Source: Dehalococcoidia bacterium (GTDB lineage Bacteria; Chloroflexota; Dehalococcoidia; DSTF01; RBG-16-68-14). From it: a stretch of 33,162 bases of DNA. Below are positions 8,033-16,118 of this stretch, in pieces. The notes under the pieces were generated by a model. That model saw only the letters and a program-made list of their open reading frames with translations. It did no database searches and had not been told where the DNA came from. Position numbers and translations under genes: made by a program. Location of the stretch: contig JBBEBM010000030.1 of assembly GCA_040882355.1 (NCBI GenBank), forward strand, positions 1 through 33,162. The letters are read 5' to 3'. Numbering within the stretch: position 1 is the first letter of the stretch; the number at the start of each line of letters is the position of its first letter.

Positions 8033-9061
8033 TTAGGCGAAAGCCGTCTGCCAGCGGTGCCGGTCACGGATCAAAGCGAGCGCCCACATGACATCGGGCG
8101 CCACCTCAGCCGCCAGGCCGCGTGCAGTCTCCTCGGCGTCCAACAACGCCAGCCACCTCCCTACGCCCCATAGCGGCTGTCTCGCGATCGCAGGGGGCAG
8201 GGCCTCCCGCTCTTTGGTGGTTAGCGGTTCATCCAGCCCGCTATCGTAGGCGTCAACCAGCCGGCGCAAGAGGCGGATGCGGTCGTCCGAGAGCGGACCG
8301 GCCGCAAAGGTGGAGTTGGTGTAGTACAGGGTCAGGGCGAGGTCGTCGATGCGCGGCCGCTCGCCCATGAAGTCGAAGTCGGTGACTAACACCATGCGGC
8401 CGCCGCGGAAGAGTACGTTGTTGTCCCAAAAGTCCCCATGCACAAGCTGGCGGGGTAGGGAGGCGACCGTATCGCGCTCTGCCGCCCAGACCAGGCCGGC
8501 TAGCTCCTCCGCGAGGTCCGCCAACCGTCGTTCGGCTGCGGTCGGTGTCCAACCGCGGATGCGATCCGCACCTCGCGACGTCCACTCGACAGCCTCGTGC
8601 GACTCGACGTGGTTGACGAACAGAGGTGCCTTCCCTGCCGGCCCGACGACGACGGGTGCGAGCAGGCTGTGGATCCGTCCTAGCGTTGGCAGACCCTCCT
8701 CGAGCCGCTCCCAGGAGTTCATGCGTGCGTCGCTTGCAACGTAGCGCTCCACTTCGACGAGCCGCTCATCGACCATCGTCGATGACTCGCCCTCATCTGT
8801 TGGAATCAGTTCGGCAGATGGCACATTGCCCGCCTTGATCGCCACACGCGCGCGGTTGATGTCGGCGAGCCGCGCGGCTGTCACATAGGGCCGGTAGACT
8901 CTGGCGACCCACTTCCCGCCGATCAGGAGGTTGAGATTCGCCGAGCCTCCGAGGTCAGCGGCGCCCTCTGCGTCGATTCCATAGCGCTCCCGCAGTACAT
9001 GGAAGAGCGCAGGCGAGGGCCTGGCGCGGAGACCGCGTCGACCCTGTCCTGCGTTGTCCAT
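8033..9061 (-). CDS. Phosphotransferase of the APH / type II homoserine kinase-like family
   Basis: LVHGDFWDNNVLF and TDFDF motifs; AAGGAG RBS. Confidence 0.85.
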   Translation of the reverse strand: MDNAGQGRRGLRARPSPALFHVLRERYGIDAEGAADLGGSANLNLLIGGKWVARVYRPYVTAARLADINRARVAIKAGNVPSAELIPTDEGESSTMVDERLVEVERYVASDARMNSWERLEEGLPTLGRIHSLLAPVVVGPAGKAPLFVNHVESHEAVEWTSRGADRIRGWTPTAAERRLADLAEELAGLVWAAERDTVASLPRQLVHGDFWDNNVLFRGGRMVLVTDFDFMGERPRIDDLALTLYYTNSTFAAGPLSDDRIRLLRRLVDAYDSGLDEPLTTKEREALPPAIARQPLWGVGRWLALLDAEETARGLAAEVAPDVMWALALIRDRHRWQTAFA

Positions 9062-9108
9062 GCATGCCTCTCCTTCTTAGCCACAGATTGACACAGACAC
9101 AGCTTCTC

Positions 9109-9287
9109 GAGCAGGGTGCTGAAGAACCACGTCTGCCTATCCCACCCGCCCGCCCAGGGAGGAATTGGGTGGGGGGGGGGGGGGGGGGGGGGGGGGNNNN
9201 NNNNNNCTGCGCCCCCCCCCCCCCCCCCCCGGCAGGGGCGCTGCGCCCCCTGCACCCCCGCTCTCTCCGCATTCTGCCAGCCTGCTG
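9109..9287 (+). repeat. MITE-like repeat family A copy containing an assembly gap
   Basis: gagcagggtgctgaagaa...cccacccgcccgcccagg...ggcaggggcgctgcgccccctgcaccccc...cagcctgct; Ns at 9197-9206 flanked by poly-G/poly-C. Confidence 0.75.
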
Positions 9288-9306
9288 TCCGTCTGTGGCC
9301 CAAATC

Positions 9307-9633
9307 CTACAGCCCTTCGCGGACGAGCTGGTCGACGCCGAACTCGAAGTAGGTGACGGCCTCCGAGAAGCCGAAGGTCTCGCGGTCCCAGTGCAGCGTC
9401 GGCTTGCCCTCCTCGTACTCGAGACGGGCGCCCAGACGAGGAAACATCATGACGCGCATGCGCCCAAGCATCCCTTCCAGCAGCTCGGGCTTGCGGCGCA
9501 GCAGCTCCTGATAGGCGGCGGCGACGCGCCGGACGACGTCGATGTAGTCGCCGGAACGGAGCGACTTGTGCGCGGCGGCCATCGACTCGCGCAGCGCCTC
9601 GTCCTGGATGCGATCGACTTTGGTAGTGGGCAT
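9307..9633 (-). CDS. Hypothetical protein (108 aa)
   Basis: Normal codon bias, starts 13 nt after the upstream stop codon; no recognised family. Confidence 0.7.
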   Translation of the reverse strand: MPTTKVDRIQDEALRESMAAAHKSLRSGDYIDVVRRVAAAYQELLRRKPELLEGMLGRMRVMMFPRLGARLEYEEGKPTLHWDRETFGFSEAVTYFEFGVDQLVREGL

Positions 9634-9646
9634 CTGCTCGGCTTCC

Positions 9647-10685
9647 CTACTGAGCGACGAAGTGATTGAGCGGCGGGTTGGCGCCTTCGCTCACGGTGAT
9701 GTACCCGCGGCCGTCCGAGTCGAAGGCGAGCGCCTCGCCCTGCGGCTCGATGACGGATGGCGCTTCGCAGGGGACGCCGGCGAGGGCCTCGGCCAGCGAC
9801 GCGCCCTCCGGCCTGTCCCACACCCAGACCGTGCCGTAGGTGCGGATCGCGACGGCGTCGCCAGCCGGCGACACGTCGCCGCCTGTCGGCAGAAACGGGG
9901 CGCCGCGCACGATGGCCGGCGCTTCGGCTGGAATGACGGCCTGGCTATCGAGCGCCGTGAAGTCGATCTCGCCGACCTGCTCCAGTGTCGCGGGCGCTGA
10001 GCCGTCGATCGTGCCGGGCGCGCGGAAGATGAGGGACGGCTGCACGAGCTCCTTCGTCACGATCACGATGTCACCACTCACCGGATCGACGAGCAGCGTC
10101 TCGGCATCGTGGGCGCGATCCGGGTAGCGCAACGTCAGCGCCTCGGCGTCAGGCACCTCCGCGGCGGTAGGCGTGCCGCCTGCAGAAACGGGCGGCTCAG
10201 GCACGCGGTAGACGACGACCTCGGGACGCGCGGCGCCGTTATCGCCCATGTCCGCGAGATAGAGGTACTGCACGCCTTCCTGCGGGCCGGGCCCCATCGC
10301 CATGTCCTCCCAGTCGGTCGCCTGCGCGCCCACAAGCGTGTACGTGCCGAGGTGGGCGCCGTCCGTGCCCATGGCGAAGACGCGGGCGCTATCGCCGCTG
10401 TCGTTGTGGGCCCAGAGCACGCCGTCCTGCCCCCAGCTGGCGGCGATGCCGGAGATCTCGACGAGGTCCGCCGACGCGACGGTAGCCAGTACCTCAGGAG
10501 TCGCGGCGCAGAGCGCGGCGGCTTGGCGGGCGGCGGCTTTGACTTCCTCCGGCTCNNNNNNNNNNGGGCGGCGGCGCCGCGGAGGTGGGCGCCGCGCTAT
10601 CGCCGTCGTCATCGTCGCAGGCGACGGCGAGCGCCAGCGCGAGCGCGGCGAAGAGCACGGCGAGGCGTGAGTATGTCACAGGCAT
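9647..10685 (-). CDS. Putative lipoprotein with beta-propeller-like (phytase/esterase-like) domain; frame interrupted by an assembly gap
   Basis: N-terminus MPVTYSRLAVLFAALALALAVAC (lipobox) at 10685; body EISG, WAHNDSG, DWEDMA, ADMGDN, DAETL, QGEALAF; frames differ only across the Ns at 10556-10565. Confidence 0.75.
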
Positions 10686-10722
10686 CGAGGGAGCAGTATA
10701 GCGGAGTCGGGTGCGAGGGGCG

Positions 10723-11982
10723 CTAGATCGACGAGTTCACCGGGTGCTCGATGCCGGCGAGCTGCTCATCGCGCCACTTCTGGTGCAGGTGATGGCGCTC
10801 CTTGAACTCCGGCAGCACCTTGGTGCCGAAGAGCTGGATCGACTCCATGATGTCCTCGTGCTTGCGGGCGCCCGACTGCGCCACGAAGATCATCGTGTCG
10901 AGGTGCGCGGCCTCGTACTTGAGCAGCGTGTCGCGGATGAACTCCGGCGTGCCGATGCAGCCGCCGCGCTTGGCGGCGCGCCAGAGGGCGCGGTGCACCT
11001 CGTTCTCCGGCTCTTCGTCGTCGTCGTTCGCGCCCAGGCTGCCGAAGCCGCCGAGACGGCGTCGCATGCCGAGAATCGCCATGCGCTCGTCGTCCGGCGT
11101 GTCCTTGAAGCGACGGTAAACGTTCGCGCGGCCGGGCGTGTGGTTCGGGCCGGTCAGCGGCGAGTAGTAGTAGCCGAGCGAGTAGCTGAAAAACTGGGTG
11201 CCCTCGACGCCCTTCTCGATCGCCTCCTCGTCCGTCGGGCAGCACATCAGCGACGAAAGCACGGCGAGCGCCGGGTTGATCGCGACGCCGATCGGCGTGC
11301 ACTCCTCGCGCACGAGCTCGAAGTACTGCTGGACGCGCTCGGTCGCCTCCTCAGGCGTCTCGAACGCGAAGCCGAGCGAGCCCATGCCGAGCCGCGCCGC
11401 GACCATCGTCGTCTCGCGGCGCGAGGACGCGACCCAGAGCGGCGGGTGCGGCTTCTGGAGCGGCTTGGGGATGACGTTGCGCTCCGGCATGCCGAAGTAG
11501 GCGCCCTCGTAGCCCGGGTAGGGCGTCTCGGTCATCATCCGTACGCATTGACGCGTCGCCTCTTCCCACATCAGCTTCTTTTCTTCGCGGTCGACGCCGA
11601 AGCCTCCGAGCTCCATCTCCGACGAGGACTCGCCGGTGCCGAACTCGACGCGGCCGTCCGAGACGAGGTCGAGCGTCGAGATGCGCTCGGCGACGCGGGC
11701 GGGGTGGTTGTAGCGGGGCGGCATGAGCGCGATGCCGTGGCCGAGCCGCATGTTCTTCGTGCGCTGGCTGGCGGCGGCGAGGAAGACCTCGGGCGCCGTT
11801 GAGTGGGCGTACTCCTCGAGGAAGTGGTGCTCGACCTCGAAGACGTAGTCGAAGCCGAGCTTGTCGGCGAGCTCGAGCTGATCGAGGGCGTCCTTGAGCA
11901 GCTTGTGCTCGGCGTCGGGGTCCCAGTCGTCCTTGTCGTAGGGCTTGGGGAGCTGGTGCTCGTAGAACAGTCCGAACTTCAT
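10723..11982 (-). CDS. LLM-class (luciferase-like) flavin-dependent oxidoreductase
   Basis: MKFGLFYE, EHHFLEEY, HPARVAERISTLDLVSDGRVEFGTG and PKPLQKPHPPLW motifs; ATGA overlap with the upstream gene. Confidence 0.92.
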   Translation of the reverse strand: MKFGLFYEHQLPKPYDKDDWDPDAEHKLLKDALDQLELADKLGFDYVFEVEHHFLEEYAHSTAPEVFLAAASQRTKNMRLGHGIALMPPRYNHPARVAERISTLDLVSDGRVEFGTGESSSEMELGGFGVDREEKKLMWEEATRQCVRMMTETPYPGYEGAYFGMPERNVIPKPLQKPHPPLWVASSRRETTMVAARLGMGSLGFAFETPEEATERVQQYFELVREECTPIGVAINPALAVLSSLMCCPTDEEAIEKGVEGTQFFSYSLGYYYSPLTGPNHTPGRANVYRRFKDTPDDERMAILGMRRRLGGFGSLGANDDDEEPENEVHRALWRAAKRGGCIGTPEFIRDTLLKYEAAHLDTMIFVAQSGARKHEDIMESIQLFGTKVLPEFKERHHLHQKWRDEQLAGIEHPVNSSI

Positions 11983-12422
11983 GGCGAACTTCCCTCCACC
12001 GGCCGCAGGACGACGACCGGGATCTCGCGCTCCGTCTCCTTCTGGTAGCCGTCGTAGCCCGCGTACAGCTCGACCGCCTTCGCCCAGAGACGCTCGCGGT
12101 CGGCGCCCGTCGCGGTCTCGGCGCGCACGCGCAGCTTCTTGCCCTTGAGCAGGACTTCGGCCTCCGGCTGCTTCTTCAAGTTGAGGTACCAGTTCGGGTG
12201 GGTGGCGTTACCACCGTTCGAGGCGATCACGACATACGCGCCGTCGTCCTCGAGGCAGGGCAGCGGCCTGGTGCGCGGGCGGCCGCTCTTGCGGCCCGTG
12301 GTCGTCAGCAGCAGCACCGGCGTGCCGATGACGTTGCCACCGATGAAGCCGCCCGACACGCGATAGAGGCAGAGGTGCATCGCCGACGTAAACCTGATCC
12401 AGAGCGGATTGACAGGCGGCAT
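11979..12422 (-). CDS. Deazaflavin (F420)-dependent nitroreductase family protein (Ddn-like)
   Basis: LLLTTTGRKSGRPR, ASNGG...PNWYLNL, YDGYQ and REIPVVVL motifs. Confidence 0.92.
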   Translation of the reverse strand: MPPVNPLWIRFTSAMHLCLYRVSGGFIGGNVIGTPVLLLTTTGRKSGRPRTRPLPCLEDDGAYVVIASNGGNATHPNWYLNLKKQPEAEVLLKGKKLRVRAETATGADRERLWAKAVELYAGYDGYQKETEREIPVVVLRPVEGSSP

Positions 12423-12427
12423 GGCGG

Positions 12428-12520
12428 GCTACCTTCCGCCGGTGACGCCGCCGGAGCGGATGAGCAGGTCTTCGAGATGCGCCTGCCAGTCGAGCGCCTC
12501 GCGGCGGCGCTCCGGCGTGG
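12428..12520. repeat. Direct repeat copy 1 (relic of the 3' end of the 14115..14732 gene)
   Basis: 90/93 nt identical to 14114-14206 by hand alignment. Confidence 0.95.
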
Positions 12521-12554
12521 GCCTGGGCGCCTCCACCGTGTAGCCGAACTTCAT
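12429..12554 (-). CDS. Chimeric 41-aa mini-ORF MKFGYTVEAPRPTPERRREALDWQAHLEDLLIRSGGVTGGR
   Basis: AAGGAG RBS 5 nt before ATG 12554; reads in frame into the duplicated gene end; stop lies 6 nt before the nitroreductase ATG. Confidence 0.5.
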   Translation of the reverse strand: MKFGYTVEAPRPTPERRREALDWQAHLEDLLIRSGGVTGGR

Positions 12555-12602
12555 GCTGGCTCCTTGGGAACTAGGAACAGGTCCGCGCGACTCGCGCCGC
12601 TC

Positions 12603-12611
12603 ATTCTAGCA
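12603..12611 (-). promoter_or_regulatory. Extended -10 promoter (TGcTAGAAT) facing the mini-ORF, nitroreductase and LLM genes
   Basis: Plus-strand attctagca = minus-strand TGCTAGAAT, about 50 nt upstream of ATG 12554. Confidence 0.5.
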
Positions 12612-12773
12612 CGTCGCGCGGTGGCCGACTGCATCGGCCACCGCGTGCTCTGGTAGATGAGATGGCGATAGCGAAGGGGGAACGGTCCTTCAGGTTCCAG
12701 ACTGGCGCCGCCTTGACACCGGCCGACGAATATGGCACAAATGTTTCAGGACGAGACATCCGAAGAGTGAGGT

Positions 12774-14096
12774 ATGTCCATGGACGGAGAACAGAGCGCC
12801 AATCAGGGCCAGGAGAGAGGAAATGGACTGGCCAGCACACCGGAAGACGCGGCTGGATCTACGGCTGCGGCTACCCTGGAACCTGAGGCCGATCCCTCAC
12901 CTCCTCGGGCGGCCAAGCCAAGGCGCGCCGCGAACAGGACGCGGGGTAGGCGCAAAGCCAAGAGTGGAACATCGCCATCCCGATCGCCTAAGAAAGGTCG
13001 GCGAACCTTCCCGGCATCGACATTTCAAGACGCGTTGGTCATCCCACAAGCCATACAGCAGATCGCGTCCGGACAGAAAATCCGCAGGCTGACCCTCTTC
13101 GAAAATCTCAACAAGTCGCCGGACAGCGGGCCGAGCCGCCAGCTCGTTACCAACGCAAACAAGTACGGCCTCATCACAGGTAACTACCAGTCCGAATGGC
13201 TCGAGCTGACTGCGGACGGTTCAGCTGCGACGAATGCTGATGCCACACCGGAACAGCGTCTACGTGCAAAGTTCAAGTTGGCGATTGAAAGCATACAGCC
13301 ATTCAACAGTCTCTACCAGCAGTACAAGGGAAACAAGGTTCCCGCTCAGTCGGTGATGCGTGATCACCTCACTGAGCAAGACCTCGGTGCGGATGTTAAC
13401 GAATCCGTGGACACCTTTATCGTCAACGCGAAAGACCTTGGCTTGCTTCGAACCATCGCGGGAGCCGAACGCATTCTTCCCATCGAGCAAATTATCGAGG
13501 AGCTGCCGAAGCCTGAGGCGCGACGCACCGCCTCTGAAGAATCAGTAGCCTCCGATGGTGGGAGTGCCGCAACGCCTGCCGTCGACGCCGACTGGTCAAA
13601 GGTGTGCTTCTACGTAACTCCGATCGGAGAGCCTGAATCTGAGGAGCGTAAGCACTCCGATCTGTTTCTCAGCTCAATCGTGGAACCAGCCATGGCGGAA
13701 TTCGGGATGACGGTCATCCGGGCGGATAATATTGGCAAGGCAGGAATGATCACCGCACAAGTCATTCAGCACGTGATTAACGCGGGGCTGGTGATCGCAG
13801 ACCTATCATTCCACAATCCGAACGTCTTCTATGAACTTTGCCTTCGCCACGCTTGCCGTCGCCCAACAGTTCAGTTGATTCGTCAGGCGGACCGTATCCC
13901 ATTCGACCTGGATCAATTTCGGACCATCGTCATTGACACCACCGACATCTATACGCTCGTTCCGCAGCTGGAAAGTTACAAGTCTGAGATCACCACCCAC
14001 GCCCGGCGTGCATTGGAAGATCCAAGCGTAGACAACCCCCTGACTATTTTCTGCCCGGGGCTCAGCGTATCCGTCCCCTTGGGTGAGACAGCCTAA
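12774..14096 (+). CDS. Inserted lower-GC protein: N-terminal winged-helix-like region plus C-terminal nucleoside 2-deoxyribosyltransferase/TIR-like domain; candidate defence protein
   Basis: C-terminal CFYVTPIG...IRAD...IADLSFHNPNVFYEL.LRH...IPFD; GAGGT before ATG; TTGACA at 12713; 27/60 GC at 13261-13320; antisense to the host operon. Confidence 0.75.
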   Translation: MSMDGEQSANQGQERGNGLASTPEDAAGSTAAATLEPEADPSPPRAAKPRRAANRTRGRRKAKSGTSPSRSPKKGRRTFPASTFQDALVIPQAIQQIASGQKIRRLTLFENLNKSPDSGPSRQLVTNANKYGLITGNYQSEWLELTADGSAATNADATPEQRLRAKFKLAIESIQPFNSLYQQYKGNKVPAQSVMRDHLTEQDLGADVNESVDTFIVNAKDLGLLRTIAGAERILPIEQIIEELPKPEARRTASEESVASDGGSAATPAVDADWSKVCFYVTPIGEPESEERKHSDLFLSSIVEPAMAEFGMTVIRADNIGKAGMITAQVIQHVINAGLVIADLSFHNPNVFYELCLRHACRRPTVQLIRQADRIPFDLDQFRTIVIDTTDIYTLVPQLESYKSEITTHARRALEDPSVDNPLTIFCPGLSVSVPLGETA

Positions 14097-14113
14097 CGGC
14101 TCAAGGGCGTTCC

Positions 14114-14206
14114 GCTACCTTCCGCCGGTGACGCCGCCGGAGCGGATGAGCAGGTCTTCGAGGTGCGCCTGCCAGTCGAGCGCTTCGTGGCGGCGCTCCG
14201 GCGTGG
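14114..14206. repeat. Direct repeat copy 2 (functional 3' end of the ferritin-like gene)
   Basis: Pairs with 12428-12520. Confidence 0.95.
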
Positions 14207-14732
14207 TCGCGAGCTCTTCGTAGATCGCCTGGCCCCACCTCAGGTGCTCCTCCTCCTCCAGCAGGATGTGGCGGAGGATGCGCACCGTCGGCGCGTCGCA
14301 GACCGGGTCGGTCACGAGCACATGGTGTCGATAGTAGACGGCGAGATGGGTCTTGAGCACACGGTACAGCCCGACGAGGCGCAGCAGCTCGTCGTCCTGG
14401 AGCTGCAGCTCCTCGCAGAACTTGAGGAAGTGCTCGTTCGGCGGCTCGGCCTTCGTCGAGGAGCGCAGCGTCGGCGGCGCTTCCGCCTGCATGCCTTCGA
14501 TGACGCGCAGCTCGGGCAGGCGCTGGCCGAGCCAGAACGAGTGGATCGAGTCGTGGTAGCAGTGCTCGCCCATCGTGAACTTGACCTTGATCGTCGGGCT
14601 GGTCGCGGCCCAGCCGCCCTCGGCCGTCATGCAGACGTTCTCGGCAAAGCGATAGTGGATCAGCCTGCGCGCGTTCTCGTCGACGGAGAAGGCGCCTCCT
14701 ACCTTGCGCGGGTCGTAGGCGAGCTCAAGCAT
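14115..14732 (-). CDS. Ferritin-like four-helix-bundle protein with degenerate diiron site
   Basis: Start reassigned to ATG 14732 (8-nt overlap with the ferredoxin stop); FAEN, HDSIH, VLKTH and EEEEH at ferritin-like spacing. Confidence 0.65.
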   Translation of the reverse strand: MLELAYDPRKVGGAFSVDENARRLIHYRFAENVCMTAEGGWAATSPTIKVKFTMGEHCYHDSIHSFWLGQRLPELRVIEGMQAEAPPTLRSSTKAEPPNEHFLKFCEELQLQDDELLRLVGLYRVLKTHLAVYYRHHVLVTDPVCDAPTVRILRHILLEEEEHLRWGQAIYEELATTPERRHEALDWQAHLEDLLIRSGGVTGGR

Positions 14733-15057
14733 GGCCGTTGCGCGAAGCGGAAGCCACCGCGGCGAGCGCCTTCCGCTTGCGCTCCGTCTTGATCGTGTTC
14801 TGTCTTCGCGCGAAGCCGCGCGCCTTGTCCTTCGCAACCTCGAGCTGAACGGTGTCGATCTTGTAGGCGGGGTCGGGGTCGATGCAGTCGACGGGGCAGA
14901 CCTTGACGCAGATGTCGCAGCCGATGCACCAGTCCGGATCCACGATGTGCGTGCGGTGGCCGGTCGAGAAGTAGTTGATCGCTTCGGTCGGGCAGGCCCG
15001 CCGGCAGAGGCTGCAGTTGATGCACCGCCTCAGGTCGATCTGGACGACGGTGATCAT
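14725..15057 (-). CDS. 2x[4Fe-4S] dicluster ferredoxin with basic C-terminal helix
   Basis: CINCSLCRRACP and CIGCDICVKVCP. Confidence 0.92.
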   Translation of the reverse strand: MITVVQIDLRRCINCSLCRRACPTEAINYFSTGHRTHIVDPDWCIGCDICVKVCPVDCIDPDPAYKIDTVQLEVAKDKARGFARRQNTIKTERKRKALAAVASASRNGHA

Positions 15058-15063
15058 GGGCGC

Positions 15064-15900
15064 CTAGTGGTAGGTGCCGCCTCCGCCGCCGACCGAGCCG
15101 CCGAGCGCGGCCGATGCGCGCTGCATCTCCTCGGCGAAGAACTCCTTCAGCTCCACCGTCTGCTCGGCGTTCAGGCGAACACGCGACATCTCGAAAAACG
15201 CGTGCGCGCGGAGCGCCTTGCGCTCGGCCTCCGGGTCGTCTTCGGTGAGCAGCTTGACGAAGTAGTCGCCGATGGCGGCGTGGGTGACCTCGTCCGCCCA
15301 GTTGTAGTCGTAGCAATGCTCGAGCAGCGGGTCGCCGATGCGCTCGCCCAGCTCGGACGTCTCCTTGAACGCGATGAGCGCGCCGCCCTCGAGCGAGACG
15401 TTGATCATGGAGAGGCTCGCGACCGGGTCGCGGAAGAAGCCTTCGGCGGCCTGCATGGCGGGGCTGTTCTGCTGGATAGTGGCGGGCCCGCCGCCGCCGG
15501 CGAGCGTGTCCGGGTAGTCGCCGATCTCGCCGCCGTACTCCTCGATGACGCCGGTGGCGAGCTGCGCGTGGCGCACTTCGTCCCAGGTCTGGCGGGCCAT
15601 CGCCATCACCAGGCTCCACGGCACGTCCCAGTCCTGCCACTCGACGACTTTCCGGCTGAAGGCGTCGATGCCGGCGTACTCGGCGCTGGCGATGCTGCTG
15701 ACGAGCGCCTTGCGGAACTCGATGTTCTCCGGGTCGGTCTGCACCATCTCGCGCATCTGGGTGAGATCGATGTAGTTCGCGGCGTCGCCCAGCTTGCGCT
15801 CGAGCTCGGCGCGCTCGGTCTCGTCGATGCCGGCGAACGGGCGATAGGGCGGGTTGCGTCGCGAGGGGGACTCTTTGATGTGGTCGGCGAGCTTGGACAT
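15064..15900 (-). CDS. Ferritin-like diiron-carboxylate protein (DUF455-like)
   Basis: Start reassigned to ATG 15900 (AAAGGAG RBS); SAEY...WDEVRH...SLEG...ADEVTH gives a complete E/ExxH/E/ExxH set. Confidence 0.8.
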   Translation of the reverse strand: MSKLADHIKESPSRRNPPYRPFAGIDETERAELERKLGDAANYIDLTQMREMVQTDPENIEFRKALVSSIASAEYAGIDAFSRKVVEWQDWDVPWSLVMAMARQTWDEVRHAQLATGVIEEYGGEIGDYPDTLAGGGGPATIQQNSPAMQAAEGFFRDPVASLSMINVSLEGGALIAFKETSELGERIGDPLLEHCYDYNWADEVTHAAIGDYFVKLLTEDDPEAERKALRAHAFFEMSRVRLNAEQTVELKEFFAEEMQRASAALGGSVGGGGGTYH

Positions 15901-15934
15901 GGCTGGAGCTCCTTTCCCCTTTGGGGCGAGGGCG

Positions 15935-15986
15935 TTGACAGATGCGTCCACCGGCAAGTATAGGGTGCCCCTACCGTTCGCGTCAA
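15935..15986. promoter_or_regulatory. Overlapping divergent sigma70-type promoters
   Basis: Plus strand: TTGACA(15935-40)-N18-TATAGG(15959-64). Minus strand: TTGACG(15986-81)-N18-TATACT(15962-57). Confidence 0.6.
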
Positions 15987-16118
15987 GGTAAAGGGTCTTG
16001 CGCCGGATGGCCCGGCCGTGCGACACTGGCCGCGCCGGCTGAAGGGCTGTCCACCGGCGAGACCAGCAAGGGGCTTCACACCTCTCCCCTGAGAGGACCG
16101 ATGAGGAGGCGGCAGGCC

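Noticed and set aside
8033..9061. Aminoglycoside resistance gene
   Set aside because: Only the generic APH/kinase-fold motifs are present; nothing indicates antibiotic specificity or a mobile resistance context.
9171..9230. Poly-G/poly-C tracts as phase-variation or G-quadruplex elements (also 1-16)
   Set aside because: They flank an N gap or the window edge exactly where other copies of the repeat have ggggacacccccagacccc, so they are most likely sequencing or assembly artefacts.
10494..10685. Frameshifted or pseudogenised lipoprotein
   Set aside because: The frame change coincides with the 10-N gap at 10556-10565, whose true length is unknown.
12428..14206. Diversity-generating retroelement template/variable repeat pair
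   Set aside because: Only three mismatches, not all at adenines of one copy, and no reverse transcriptase in the window.
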